From Candidatus Omnitrophota bacterium (GTDB lineage Bacteria; Omnitrophota; Gorgyraeia; Zapsychrales; Zapsychraceae), in contig DATDQB010000023.1 in NCBI GenBank assembly GCA_035292445.1, forward strand, positions 89,533 to 153,532: a DNA stretch of 64,000 nucleotides, written 5' to 3'. Made by a program: the position numbers and the translations under genes. Shown in pieces: positions 9,172 through 18,715 of the stretch (position 1 is its first letter; each line of letters starts with the position of its first letter). Under the pieces are notes generated by a model. The model did no database searches, was not told where the DNA came from, and worked only from the letters and a program-made list of their open reading frames with translations.

Positions 9172-10701
9172 TTATTTGTTTTTAGATGGCTGGGCCGGCT
9201 GAGCCGCAGGGGCTTCCGCTTTTTTAGGTTTGACCGGAAGCGTAAAATGGAACGTCGTTCCCTGGTTGACCGTGCTTGTTACCCAGATTTCCCCGTGATG
9301 GGCCTCAACGATTTTTTTCGCCAGGGCCAACCCCAAGCCGGTCCCCTTGACGTTCTGGTTTATTTTATTATCAACGCGGAAAAATTCACTAAAAAGTTTT
9401 CCCAGATCATCTTCGGGGATGCCGATGCCGGTATCGGAAACGCCGATTTCCACAAGGTCTTTTTCTTTATCCCATGTCGCTTTAACCGAGATTGTCCCGT
9501 TTTCTGGCGTAAACTTGACGGCGTTGCCCACAAGGTTGATGAAAATGCGTTCTACCTGGCTCGAATCATAAATCATGTTGGGAACGTTTTTATCCACGTT
9601 TAATTCCCAATTGATGTTTTTGTTTTTCATCTGCGGCGTTAGTAGATCATGCACGTTTTCAGCCGTTTGGCGCAAGTCGTGCTCGGTCATTTTCATCTCC
9701 ACGCGCCCCGATTCGATGCGGGAGATGTCCAGTAGTTCATTGATAAGATTGACGAGGTTATCCGAGTGGAGGTTGATTTTCTCCAGCCGTTCTTTGACCT
9801 TTTCCGGGATCTCACCGAGCTTGCCGGTTATCAAAATGGCGGCATACCCTTTGATCGAAGTCAAGGGCGTTCGCAGCTCATGGGAAACGGCGGAGATAAA
9901 ATCGGACTTTGTTTTGCTTATTTTTTTTACCTCTGCCAGGGCGTCTTCCAGCTGTTTGGTGCGGTCCTGCACTTTGGATTCCAGCGCCCGGCTGGAGCGA
10001 TAAACCTGTTCGAATAAACGGGCGTTTTCCAACGACTGCCCGATCTGGTTGGCTAAAATGGAGAGGATTTCTTCGTCACCTTCGGTCACGGCCGCCGCCG
10101 ACGATTGGTTACCGACAAAAGCGATCCCGATAAGGCCGTTTTGGGTGAGGATCGGGGAAAGCACAAAATGTTCGCTGCCGAAAATATTTTGGATCGCTTT
10201 TTTTCTTTGCGTGGCAGCGGCGACGGAAGAGAAGATATGGCCTTGCGTCAGGGCCTCCAGCAGGCTTGAATCTTTCTTGAGGCCGTTGAGGATATATTCG
10301 ATGCCTTCGGGGGCGTAACCGACGTTGACCCTGGGCTTAAGCTGTTTGCGTTCATCGTAAAACAGGATCAGCATTTTATCGAAATCCAGATTTGTCTGAA
10401 GCGATTCATTCAAGCGGTGAAAGATTTCGTTCTCATCGAGAGTGGTACTGATAAGCCGGGACGTTTTATGAAGCGCCTCCAGGCCTCCCAAGCGTTTGTC
10501 GGATTCTTCCTGGGCCTTATTAAGCTCCAGATCCGTTTTAACGATCAGTTTGGCTTGCTCATCGAGTTCGTTGAAGGATTTTTTGAGTTTAAGAAGAGAG
10601 CCTCTGGTTTGATTGAGTCGAGAATTTTTTGATAAAATAATAAAGATCAATACGCAGATGACAATAAAGGCAAGGATATTGAAAATAAGGGAGATGCTCA
10701 T
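9172..10701 (-). CDS. Sensor histidine kinase (N-terminal TM, coiled coil, GAF-like, HisKA, HATPase_c)
   Basis: H-box SHELRTPLTSIKGY. N, G1 and G2 boxes (NLVGNAVKFT, DTGIGI, GTGLGLALAKKIVEAHHGEIW). Confidence 0.85.
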   Translation of the reverse strand: MSISLIFNILAFIVICVLIFIILSKNSRLNQTRGSLLKLKKSFNELDEQAKLIVKTDLELNKAQEESDKRLGGLEALHKTSRLISTTLDENEIFHRLNESLQTNLDFDKMLILFYDERKQLKPRVNVGYAPEGIEYILNGLKKDSSLLEALTQGHIFSSVAAATQRKKAIQNIFGSEHFVLSPILTQNGLIGIAFVGNQSSAAAVTEGDEEILSILANQIGQSLENARLFEQVYRSSRALESKVQDRTKQLEDALAEVKKISKTKSDFISAVSHELRTPLTSIKGYAAILITGKLGEIPEKVKERLEKINLHSDNLVNLINELLDISRIESGRVEMKMTEHDLRQTAENVHDLLTPQMKNKNINWELNVDKNVPNMIYDSSQVERIFINLVGNAVKFTPENGTISVKATWDKEKDLVEIGVSDTGIGIPEDDLGKLFSEFFRVDNKINQNVKGTGLGLALAKKIVEAHHGEIWVTSTVNQGTTFHFTLPVKPKKAEAPAAQPAQPSKNK

Positions 10702-10702
10702 A

Positions 10703-11890
10703 TCAGTTAACCGCCAGCACCACCATGCTTTCGTTTTGAAGATAAGGTTTCTTGATGCGTTCTACCGATTCAAAAGGGCAGATCTCGCCGTGGGCGTACA
10801 TGCCGAATACGGGGATGTCTTGGCCGAAGATTTCTCTGATTTTGGCGATCTCAAGAATGGCGCCTCGGCCCAGGAGCTTTAGCCGGGACATCGATTCGAT
10901 GATGATCACAAGCTTGGCTTTCTTCCCTAAAAGGTTATTATGGGCTTCCTGGGCGGCTTCGGAGGCGGCCTCTTTGCAGGAGTCCTTGTTGCCGATCATG
11001 ATGTGAACTTCCGACCCGTCCGGCACCCCTCCCTGACATACAATACTCCCATCCTCTAGAATGTCAATAGCATTTCTCAGCAAGAAATGGTTACTTTCCT
11101 CGATAAATATTCCTAAAGGGTAAAGGATGGACATTTGTCCCAGTTGGGTGGCGCGTAAATCCTGATACGCTTCATCGAAATATTCCTCATACAGATGGGA
11201 TGCCTTTTTCCCGTCAATCGTTTTGATGATGTTGCCCTCGGCCTGGGTGATGACGCGGGGTTTTCCCAAAGGCCGCCAGCCGTGGCGTCCGCTCACTCCC
11301 ACACTCATCTGCCCGCCCATGATCAGCCCGCAAGCGGACATCTCCAGCGCTTGGGAACCGAAGATCTGGAAATTTTTTTTGAAATGGAAATCATCGCAGC
11401 TGCCGGCCCCGACCAGCGGAAAAACGTTGCCGAGCACTTCCTGGACGCCTTTTAACAGAAGGGAGCTGTCGGCAATTTCTCCGTCGATAAAGAAAAGGCA
11501 GACGTGCCGGCCGTGTTGCCCGAAATCCGCGACGATATTTTTGGCCAGATCGCTTCCGGCCATGCGGATGTTGGTGGGGGTGATATCGGAAACGGCGCCG
11601 ATGCCGAATTTCATCTCATCCGAGGCGATGGCCAAAATGCCGATTCCGTTGGTCATGATTTTTTCCGAAAAGATGATGCCCGCGCTTGAGCAGCCGATCG
11701 CCTTTGACCCGGGAAAGAGGTTATCAATGGCCTGGGCGATGGTATCAGGGTCGTGGTGAATGGTGCTGAAGATTAACACCAGATCGGGCTTCGTTGACTG
11801 AAGAGAGGATTTGATTTTCTGCGCCGCTTCTTTGGTGGCGGTGAGCGTATCAACGGTTTGGCTTGAGCCTATTGCGATGTGTGTGGCCAA
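10703..11890 (-). CDS. FIST-domain sensory protein
   Basis: Two-part FIST N/C architecture. It is co-operonic with the HK (1-nt gap) and the RR. Confidence 0.7.
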   Translation of the reverse strand: MATHIAIGSSQTVDTLTATKEAAQKIKSSLQSTKPDLVLIFSTIHHDPDTIAQAIDNLFPGSKAIGCSSAGIIFSEKIMTNGIGILAIASDEMKFGIGAVSDITPTNIRMAGSDLAKNIVADFGQHGRHVCLFFIDGEIADSSLLLKGVQEVLGNVFPLVGAGSCDDFHFKKNFQIFGSQALEMSACGLIMGGQMSVGVSGRHGWRPLGKPRVITQAEGNIIKTIDGKKASHLYEEYFDEAYQDLRATQLGQMSILYPLGIFIEESNHFLLRNAIDILEDGSIVCQGGVPDGSEVHIMIGNKDSCKEAASEAAQEAHNNLLGKKAKLVIIIESMSRLKLLGRGAILEIAKIREIFGQDIPVFGMYAHGEICPFESVERIKKPYLQNESMVVLAVN

Positions 11891-12173
11891 GGCGTGAGAC
11901 CTCCAGATAATTTAATAGCGTATGTACAAGAGTGGTTGTAAAAATTGATACAAAATTTACGGATTTATGATATAGTACACACCCACGATTTATTGTAATC
12001 AAAAAAAGTATACACTAAGTTCATTGAGCTGTTAACGAATATTAGAGAAATTATTGCCCCCATCGTTAGTTTTGCTTTAAATTTGCGGAACGTAAGTGAA
12101 CGCAAATTTTAGGCAAAACAATCCCGAGGGAAGCTTCAGCGACCGAGGGACTACAACATAAAAGAAATATTTT

Positions 12174-12249
12174 GGCCCCATCGTCTAGCCTGGCCCAGGA
12201 CGCTTGGTTCTCAACCAAGAAACGCGGGTTCGAATCCCGCTGGGGCCAT
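12174..12249 (+). tRNA. tRNA-Glu (anticodon CUC)
   Basis: The cloverleaf was folded by hand: acceptor ggcccca/tggggcc; D-stem gtc/gac; anticodon stem cttgg/ccaag with loop ttCTCaa; T-arm gcggg ttcgaat cccgc. Confidence 0.8.
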
Positions 12250-13085
12250 TAAATTCCCTTCAATTTGACCTGCGCCCAAACGGGCAAATGGTCGCTCGCC
12301 TTCTGGTTTTTGATACTTCCCGACCCAAGCACATCCATATTCTTCACAAAGATGTAATCCATGAGGCTTTTTTTGTTGAAGAGATACCAGTGCTTGTAGC
12401 TCCAGTCAACTTCCTTGGTGGCCAGCGTAAAACGGTGTTCCTGGAAGGCCTCTTCGATGATTTGGCGGTTGAATTTGGTGAAGGTGTTAAAATCGCCGGC
12501 AATAATGCAGTAATCAATGGGCGGGACGGAATGTAACAGCCGTTCCATCTGATTTCTGCGCTGGAACGGATGCAGCCAAATCCTCATATGAAGGCTGTAG
12601 GCCATGACAAATTTATCGCCGATTTTGATGACCGCCCCGACGGCAATGCGCTGCAGCTTGTCAGGGTCCAAATGCGGCAGAATGACTTTTTTGTCGTGGA
12701 TAATGGGCCATTTGGTCAGGATGGCGTTGCCAAAATCTTGGTTGTAGAGAGGATGCCGGACAGCCGGGTAATACACATAATTGTAGTTTAATTTCTTCGC
12801 GATTGTCTCAACGTCTTGGGGCTCCATCTCCTGCAGGAAAATGATGTCGGCACCGGCCAAATCCTGATGGGTTTTCAGGAGCTCACCGGCCAGATCCGTT
12901 TTTTTGGAAAATTTCACGTTGTAGGAAACGACTTTGATCGTGTCTTGAGCAGGGCTAGTTGGCGAGGGTCCGCTTGCGGAAGAATACCGCGGCCCCGAGA
13001 GGTCAGTGTAATTTTCTCCGTCTGTGACCAGGCTGCAGCCCAGAGGGGTTAAAAGTATCAATAATAAAAATAATCTTCTTATCAT
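12249..13085 (-). CDS. Endonuclease/exonuclease/phosphatase (EEP) family lipoprotein
   Basis: Lipobox LLTPLGC. EEP motifs (IIFLQEME, IIAGDFNTF, ASDHLPVWAQV). Confidence 0.75.
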   Translation of the reverse strand: MIRRLFLLLILLTPLGCSLVTDGENYTDLSGPRYSSASGPSPTSPAQDTIKVVSYNVKFSKKTDLAGELLKTHQDLAGADIIFLQEMEPQDVETIAKKLNYNYVYYPAVRHPLYNQDFGNAILTKWPIIHDKKVILPHLDPDKLQRIAVGAVIKIGDKFVMAYSLHMRIWLHPFQRRNQMERLLHSVPPIDYCIIAGDFNTFTKFNRQIIEEAFQEHRFTLATKEVDWSYKHWYLFNKKSLMDYIFVKNMDVLGSGSIKNQKASDHLPVWAQVKLKGI

Positions 13086-13173
13086 AGCAAAGAGTATAAC
13101 ATATAAAATTAGAAAAACTTGTTTCCGCGATTATTTTACGTTAAGATACACCGTAACATCATTAAAAATTTCT

Positions 13174-13605
13174 ATGATACGCGCGATGAAACAAAGTTTT
13201 TCATTAATTTTTTGTATTTTTTTTATAGGTTGCGTCACCATGGCGGACCAACCTTTCGTGACGACGCCTTTGAAGCAGTCGGCACAGCCTTTAGCGCCGC
13301 TTCATAAAATCAAGATCGGCATGAGCGAATCGGAAGCGAAAGGGATTTTAGGCGCCACGCTTGTCATCGGTTATCGTCTTAACGATGCCAGCCCGCAGCA
13401 GCTTAAGCCCATTACGATCGCTCAACCATATCGTGAAGCGGAATTGGTGAGTGAGGGGAAGAGGTACAAGGTTTCATATTATTATACGGGCGTGGCTAAG
13501 GCGGATGATTTGGTATCGGAGGATGAGTTAACGCCATTGATCTTTGAAAGTGGCCACCTGGTCGGCAAGGGGCTCGATGATTTGGACCGCATCCAACGAA
13601 ACTAA
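13174..13605 (+). CDS. BamE/SmpA_OmlA-like small lipoprotein (start chosen at internal ATG 13174)
   Basis: Lipobox FFIGC. KIKIGMSESEAKGILG resembles the BamE/DUF3192 fold signature. The upstream part of the 13024 ORF overlaps the convergent EEP gene. Confidence 0.5.
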   Translation: MIRAMKQSFSLIFCIFFIGCVTMADQPFVTTPLKQSAQPLAPLHKIKIGMSESEAKGILGATLVIGYRLNDASPQQLKPITIAQPYREAELVSEGKRYKVSYYYTGVAKADDLVSEDELTPLIFESGHLVGKGLDDLDRIQRN

Positions 13606-13615
13606 TTTAAAGACG

Positions 13616-14542
13616 ATGGATTGTTCTGTGAAACCGCTGGTGGCTCATTATGATCTTAAAAGGCCATGCGATTGGTCCGGTGTATTCGGCCGCAAAGCGC
13701 CTTTGACCGTTGAGATCGGGTTCGGGCTGGGGGAAGTCTTAACGCAAAAAGCACTTGAGGCGCCTGGCGTAAATTTTATCGGCATCGAAACTCATTGGGA
13801 GCGGATTTACAAAACGCTCAAACGCATCCAGCGGGAAGGCGCCGAAACCCAAAACAATATTCGCATCTTAAGGCTTGATGCCACGCCCGCCCTCAAAAGG
13901 CTTTTTGGGCAAGAAACGATCGATGAAATGTATTGCCTGTTTCCTTGCCCGTGGCCGAAGAAGAAACACATCAAGCACCGGCTTTTTTCCAAGGAATCGC
14001 TGCGGCTTATCAACAGCCGTTTAAAAGATAAATCGCGGCTTTCTATCGTCACCGATTATTTTCCGTATTTTGAATGGATCAAAGAAGAATCTAGAGGGTG
14101 CGGCTTTAAGGTTGAGGCCAAGCAGGCGAACCCCGGCTTTAATACAAAATTCGAACGCAAATGGCGCGGCGAAGGCCAGGAAACATTTTTTGAGTTGGCG
14201 ATGACCAAAATAAAGCACGTTAACGTGCCGGTGGAGGCGGATGTTCCCTTGAAGACGTATACAGTTGATACTTTTGATCCCAAAAAGTTTGTTTTGGAAG
14301 CCCATAAGGGGGAGGCAGCGGTTGTTTTCAAAGAGCTGCTATTCGATGCCGATAAACAACTGGCGTTGGTCCATGTGCTGGTCGCCGAGGAACATCTGAC
14401 GCAGGATTTTTGGGCAGCGATCGTAAAGACGAATAAAGGCTGGCTCATCAAGAAAGCCGACGGGCATTATTTTTTCCCAACGCCGGGTATCGCGCAGGCG
14501 TTAAAATCCGTTTATCAGGCCGCCAAACAAGCGAAACGATAG
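13616..14542 (+). CDS. trmB: tRNA (guanine-N7)-methyltransferase TrmB-like, with a C-terminal extension
   Basis: Matches VEIGFGLGEVL, FIGIETHWER, NIRILRLDA and YCLFPCPWPKKKHIKHRL. The start could be 13544 instead. Confidence 0.75.
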   Translation: MDCSVKPLVAHYDLKRPCDWSGVFGRKAPLTVEIGFGLGEVLTQKALEAPGVNFIGIETHWERIYKTLKRIQREGAETQNNIRILRLDATPALKRLFGQETIDEMYCLFPCPWPKKKHIKHRLFSKESLRLINSRLKDKSRLSIVTDYFPYFEWIKEESRGCGFKVEAKQANPGFNTKFERKWRGEGQETFFELAMTKIKHVNVPVEADVPLKTYTVDTFDPKKFVLEAHKGEAAVVFKELLFDADKQLALVHVLVAEEHLTQDFWAAIVKTNKGWLIKKADGHYFFPTPGIAQALKSVYQAAKQAKR

Positions 14543-14545
14543 AGA

Positions 14546-15364
14546 ATGCGCGTTTTTAATAAGAGAAAGCTTTATACAGCCTTTTTAGCCGTTCTTTTCC
14601 TTTTTACCAGTCAAGTTGTTGTTGCGTATACGGTTTCCTGCCGGGCGGTTATTTTTTCCGATGCGACCAAAGTCAAACGCCTTTACGGCAAGCGTGTGCA
14701 TGAGCGCGTCGTTCCGGCGAGCACCGTTAAGGTGATGACGGCATTGTTGGCGCTCGAACATCTTTCGCTGGATGAATATGTGACGGTCAGCCAGAATGCT
14801 ACGTATCCGCAGCCGAGCAAGATTTACGTCAAGGCCGGCGAACGGTATAAGGTGCGCGATCTGCTTTATGCGGTCTTGCTCGGCTCTGCCAATGACGCCG
14901 CCGTTGTGTTGGCGGAGGCGGTGGCCGGGACGCACTGGAAATTCGCCCAGATGATGACCCAGCGCGCCAAGCAACTCGGCGCCAAACATACCCGCTTCGC
15001 CAACGCTCACGGCTTGCCGACAAAAAAGAAAGACCCCCAATACACGACCGCTTATGACATGTACCTTATTTTCCGTCAGGCCATGCGCCATGAATTTTTC
15101 CGCGAGGCGATCAAGCTTAAAAATAGGACCATCACATCCAGCCATGGCCGCCGGATCGCCCTTAGAAGCCATAATAAGATCTTGTTTAAGGGTTGGAAAA
15201 AAAATATTTATGGCAAGACCGGCTATACCCGCTCTGCCGGCCCCTGCTTTGTCGGCACGACACAAAAAGGAGACAGCACGTTGATCATCGCTGTTTTTAA
15301 CTGTAAAGACCGGTGGAACGATATTAAATATATTATTTCCCATTACGGGGGAATCTCATTATAA
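14546..15364 (+). CDS. D-alanyl-D-alanine carboxypeptidase (peptidase S11, PBP5/DacA-like)
   Basis: SxxK (PASTVK), SxN (GSANDAA) and a KTG-like KTGYT motif, after an N-terminal membrane/signal segment. Confidence 0.8.
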   Translation: MRVFNKRKLYTAFLAVLFLFTSQVVVAYTVSCRAVIFSDATKVKRLYGKRVHERVVPASTVKVMTALLALEHLSLDEYVTVSQNATYPQPSKIYVKAGERYKVRDLLYAVLLGSANDAAVVLAEAVAGTHWKFAQMMTQRAKQLGAKHTRFANAHGLPTKKKDPQYTTAYDMYLIFRQAMRHEFFREAIKLKNRTITSSHGRRIALRSHNKILFKGWKKNIYGKTGYTRSAGPCFVGTTQKGDSTLIIAVFNCKDRWNDIKYIISHYGGISL

Positions 15365-15460
15365 TAAAAACTCAATCAAGAAAAGAAGTGATTGAAATTT
15401 TTATAAATCATGGTATCCTTTTTATGGACTTATAATTTTTTTATCTTTAGAAAGGAGTTT

Positions 15461-16309
15461 ATGATGGAAAACAAAGGGTTTAAATTGGCGCTAGTAATCG
15501 CGCTCGGTGTTTTTTTGGGCGTTCTTGTCGTGTCCGCCCAAAAGCAGGACGCTCTTCTTAGAGAAGTTTTAGGCAGGCAAAATCAGATGCTCCAAGCCCA
15601 GATGAGGCTTGATTCAAAAGTGGGCAGCCAGGATATGGCGGGCGCCAGGGGTTTGATGCAGTCAGAAATCGATAAGCTCACGTCAAAAATCAGTGATTTG
15701 GAAACTCGCTTGGCCCGTTTAGAATCTCAGCCGCGCCCTCAACAGGTTCAGCAGCAGCCCACGCCGCAGCAAATGCCCCCGCCGGATACGACCGTCCATG
15801 AGATTCCCGTGGCCCATTCTGTAGTTGGAGGCGCTAAAGACGGCAAGGTCACTATCGTTGAATTCGTCGATTATCAATGTCCTTTTTGCGCGCGTTTTCA
15901 CCCTCCGATGGTGGAGGCGGCCAAAGCATTTCCCGGGAAAGTTAAGTATCTCTTGAAGCATTTTCCGTTATCGTTCCATCCGCAGGCAAAGCCGGCAGCC
16001 AAAGCAGCGTTAGCCGCAGGCGAGCAAGGCAAATTCTGGGAAATGACCGAGCTTATTTTAGGTAATCAAACGCAACTGACGGATCAGCAATTCGAAGCCT
16101 ACGCCAAACAGCTTGGGCTGAACGTCAAGAAATATCTGGAAGATTATAAAAATAAAGACGCTGAATACGAAAAAATCCTTAATACGGACATGGAGTTGGG
16201 CGGTAAGGTCGGAGTGCGGGGAACACCGTCGTTTTATATCAACGGCCGCGTGAGCAACTCCCGCGATGCCGCCAGCTGGAAGGCTGAGATAGAAAAACTC
16301 TTGAAATAA
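15461..16309 (+). CDS. Membrane-anchored DsbA-family thiol:disulfide oxidoreductase
   Basis: AGGAG RBS before ATG 15461. TM helix, coiled-coil and Q/P-rich linker, then a thioredoxin fold with CPFC. Confidence 0.75.
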   Translation: MMENKGFKLALVIALGVFLGVLVVSAQKQDALLREVLGRQNQMLQAQMRLDSKVGSQDMAGARGLMQSEIDKLTSKISDLETRLARLESQPRPQQVQQQPTPQQMPPPDTTVHEIPVAHSVVGGAKDGKVTIVEFVDYQCPFCARFHPPMVEAAKAFPGKVKYLLKHFPLSFHPQAKPAAKAALAAGEQGKFWEMTELILGNQTQLTDQQFEAYAKQLGLNVKKYLEDYKNKDAEYEKILNTDMELGGKVGVRGTPSFYINGRVSNSRDAASWKAEIEKLLK

Positions 16310-16335
16310 GTAATATAAGTATTAATATTTCCAAA

Positions 16336-16375
16336 AAGGCCATGTTTCTCTTAAGGAGCGTGGCCTTAATTTTTC
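16336..16375 (+). terminator. Rho-independent terminator after the dsbA-like gene
   Basis: aaggccatg...cgtggcctt stem (one G-U) followed by aattttt. Confidence 0.55.
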
Positions 16376-16440
16376 ATTTGATAAAAGGGGCAATTCATTA
16401 TATATTTGTGGGACGTTGAAATTAGGTTAACTTAAGAAAA

Positions 16441-16494
16441 GAGGCCGCCCGCCAAGAGCGGGCGAGCCTCGTTCATCCCGCCTTTGGCGGGATG
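16441..16494 (+). promoter_or_regulatory. Two GC-rich hairpins forming a structured 5' leader immediately upstream of the L27-like gene
   Basis: gaggccgcccgccaagagcgggcgagcctc (nested 11-bp stem) and catcccgcctttggcgggatg (9-bp stem, loop ttt). A GGGAG RBS follows at 16508. Confidence 0.5.
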
Positions 16495-16518
16495 ATAAAA
16501 ATGAACGGGAGCAATATC

Positions 16519-16806
16519 ATGGGTGGTCGCGTAGGTGGCATATCGCATAAATTTTACCGGGAAACCAGAGGCATTAAAGTAAGCGGCGGCCAGGTTGTCA
16601 AAGCCGGCACGATTCTCACGCGCCAGGGTCACAAATGGCGGCCAGGCATTAACGTAATCGGGTTAAATCATTTGACGGCTAACGTCGAAGGTGAAGTTTA
16701 TTTTACCCGTAAAAAAAGTCGGTTTAATAAATCCATCACATACATTAATATCAAACCGGTTAAGATCAAAGCCAAAGTAAAATCAACGGCAGCTGCATCC
16801 AAATAA
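16519..16806 (+). CDS. Divergent ribosomal protein bL27-like protein, standalone (no rplU upstream)
   Basis: GGQVVKAGTILTRQGHKWRPGINVIG...HLTANVEGEVYF aligns with the L27 core (GxxIxxRQRGT...G.NVG...TLFA..G.V.F). The N-terminus and a K-rich C-terminal tail are atypical. A good RBS precedes ATG 16519. The stop lies 1 nt from the glmS start. Confidence 0.5.
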   Translation: MGGRVGGISHKFYRETRGIKVSGGQVVKAGTILTRQGHKWRPGINVIGLNHLTANVEGEVYFTRKKSRFNKSITYINIKPVKIKAKVKSTAAASK

Positions 16807-16807
16807 T

Positions 16808-18646
16808 ATGTGTGGGATTATCGGATATATCGGTAAGCGCCCGGCCGTTCCGATTCTGATTGACGGCTTGCGGCGCTTGGAATACCGTGGATATGATTCC
16901 GCGGGCGTTGGCGTTGTGCCGCAAACCAACCATGGGTTTGTTATAAGAAAAACGCCCGGCAAAATCGCCAATTTGCAGGAGCTGATCAATTCCCATCCTT
17001 TGCCTGAAACGACGCTCGGCATTTCCCACACCCGCTGGGCGACCCACGGCGCGCCCAACAAAATCAACGCTCATCCCCATTCGGGCCATCGTAGCAAAAT
17101 CCTTCTTGTTCATAACGGCATTATTGAAAATTACGAAGAGCTTAAGCGCGATTTGATCAAGCGGGGTTATAAATTTGTTTCCGAAACAGACACGGAGGTG
17201 ATCGCCCATTTGGTCGAATCCAATTACAAGGGCGATTTGCTTGCCGCCGTTTCGAAATCCATTAAAAAGCTTCGCGGTGCCTTCGCCATCGGCGTCATCG
17301 CCGCCGATGACCCGCAAACGCTTGTAGCCGCGCGCATCGGCTCACCGTTAATTGTCGGGCTCGGCAAGAATGAAAACTTTATCGCCTCCGATGTTCCCGC
17401 CATTTTGGAACACACCCGGAAAGTCATTTATCTTAAAGACGGCCAGATCGCGAAGCTGACCCGCGGCGGCGTTCAGGTGTATTCGTTTTCCGGGAAGAAA
17501 GTAAAACCTAAAGTGGATACGGTCTATTTCAGTGTTGATGCGGTCGCTAAAAGCGGCTTTGCGCATTTTATGCTTAAAGAGATCCATGAACAGCCTAATG
17601 TGTTGGCGCAGATGCTGGATACGCGCCTTAAACGCGATACGGTACGGCTTGAGGGCATTAGCCTTTCGGACAAACAATTAAAAGGCGTTAAGGATATTTT
17701 CATCGTGGCCTGCGGCACCGCGTATCACGCGGGCTTGGTGGGCAAGTATATTATAGAAAAGTTAGCCGGCGTTCGCGTTTCCGTTGATGTTTCCAGCGAG
17801 TTCCGTTATCGCGATCCCATTATCACCAAGCAGACGGCTGTTTTGGCGATCAGCCAATCGGGTGAAACGGCTGATACGTTGGCAGCGGTGCGTGAGGCCA
17901 AGGCCAAGGGAGCGAAGATCATTTCGATCTGTAACGTGATCGGCTCATCGCTGGCGCGCGAGTCCGATGGGGTGTTGTACACGCATGCGGGCCCGGAAAT
18001 CGGGGTGGCCTCCACCAAAGCCTACACGGCCCAGCTATGCATGCTGTATCTTTTGGCGATCAAGTTGGCAAAGATCCATAAAGTAGGGGCGCAGCATGCT
18101 GCGCCCCTACACGGATTAATTAAAGACTTAAAACACATCCCCGTGCTGTATCAACAGATCCTTAAGAATAAAAACGCGATCGCCAAGATCGCCCAAAATA
18201 ATTCGCATTTCGGATGTTTCCTTTTTTTGGGCCGCAATATCAATTATCCCACTGCCTTGGAAGGCGCATTGAAACTCAAAGAGATTTCCTACATCCCTGC
18301 CGAAGGTTATGCCGCCGGCGAGATGAAACACGGGCCCATCGCTTTGATCGATGAATACCGCGCGGTCGTTTGCATCGCCACCGAATCCGATACGTACGAG
18401 AAGATGATCAGCAACATCCAGGAAATCCGCTCACGCAAGGGGAAGGTCATCGCGATCGCGACCCAGGGCGATGCATACATCAGAAATCATGTCCATTCGG
18501 TTGTGTATGTCCCCAAGACCAATAAGCTCTTGACGCCTCTTGTGGCGGCTTTACCGCTTCAGCTCATTGCATATTATATCGCCGTCAAGCGCGGGTGTGA
18601 TGTTGATCAGCCGCGGAATCTGGCGAAGTCGGTAACGGTAGAGTAG
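16808..18646 (+). CDS. glmS: Glutamine--fructose-6-phosphate aminotransferase
   Basis: MCGIIGY N-terminal nucleophile, two SIS domains, and an ...VE terminus. Length is 612 aa. Confidence 0.95.
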   Translation: MCGIIGYIGKRPAVPILIDGLRRLEYRGYDSAGVGVVPQTNHGFVIRKTPGKIANLQELINSHPLPETTLGISHTRWATHGAPNKINAHPHSGHRSKILLVHNGIIENYEELKRDLIKRGYKFVSETDTEVIAHLVESNYKGDLLAAVSKSIKKLRGAFAIGVIAADDPQTLVAARIGSPLIVGLGKNENFIASDVPAILEHTRKVIYLKDGQIAKLTRGGVQVYSFSGKKVKPKVDTVYFSVDAVAKSGFAHFMLKEIHEQPNVLAQMLDTRLKRDTVRLEGISLSDKQLKGVKDIFIVACGTAYHAGLVGKYIIEKLAGVRVSVDVSSEFRYRDPIITKQTAVLAISQSGETADTLAAVREAKAKGAKIISICNVIGSSLARESDGVLYTHAGPEIGVASTKAYTAQLCMLYLLAIKLAKIHKVGAQHAAPLHGLIKDLKHIPVLYQQILKNKNAIAKIAQNNSHFGCFLFLGRNINYPTALEGALKLKEISYIPAEGYAAGEMKHGPIALIDEYRAVVCIATESDTYEKMISNIQEIRSRKGKVIAIATQGDAYIRNHVHSVVYVPKTNKLLTPLVAALPLQLIAYYIAVKRGCDVDQPRNLAKSVTVE

Positions 18647-18715
18647 TCGTCAGACGTCAGACTTCAGTCGTCAGATCGATTGACTGAAGACTGATGACTG
18701 AAGACTGATGACTTT

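Noticed and set aside
8381-10133. Plus-strand ORFs overlapping the RR and HK genes (8381..9040, 9575..10003 and others)
   Set aside because: They are antisense to well-supported minus-strand genes with clear domain motifs.
12204-12536. 110-aa plus-strand ORF
   Set aside because: It starts inside tRNA-Glu and runs antisense to the EEP-family gene; it is spurious.
16310-16810. glmS ribozyme upstream of glmS
   Set aside because: I looked for the conserved core (GACGAGG...UCGAAUUUUCGGCGGAUGCCUCCCGGCUG-like) and did not find it. The interval is instead occupied by an L27-like ORF coupled to glmS.
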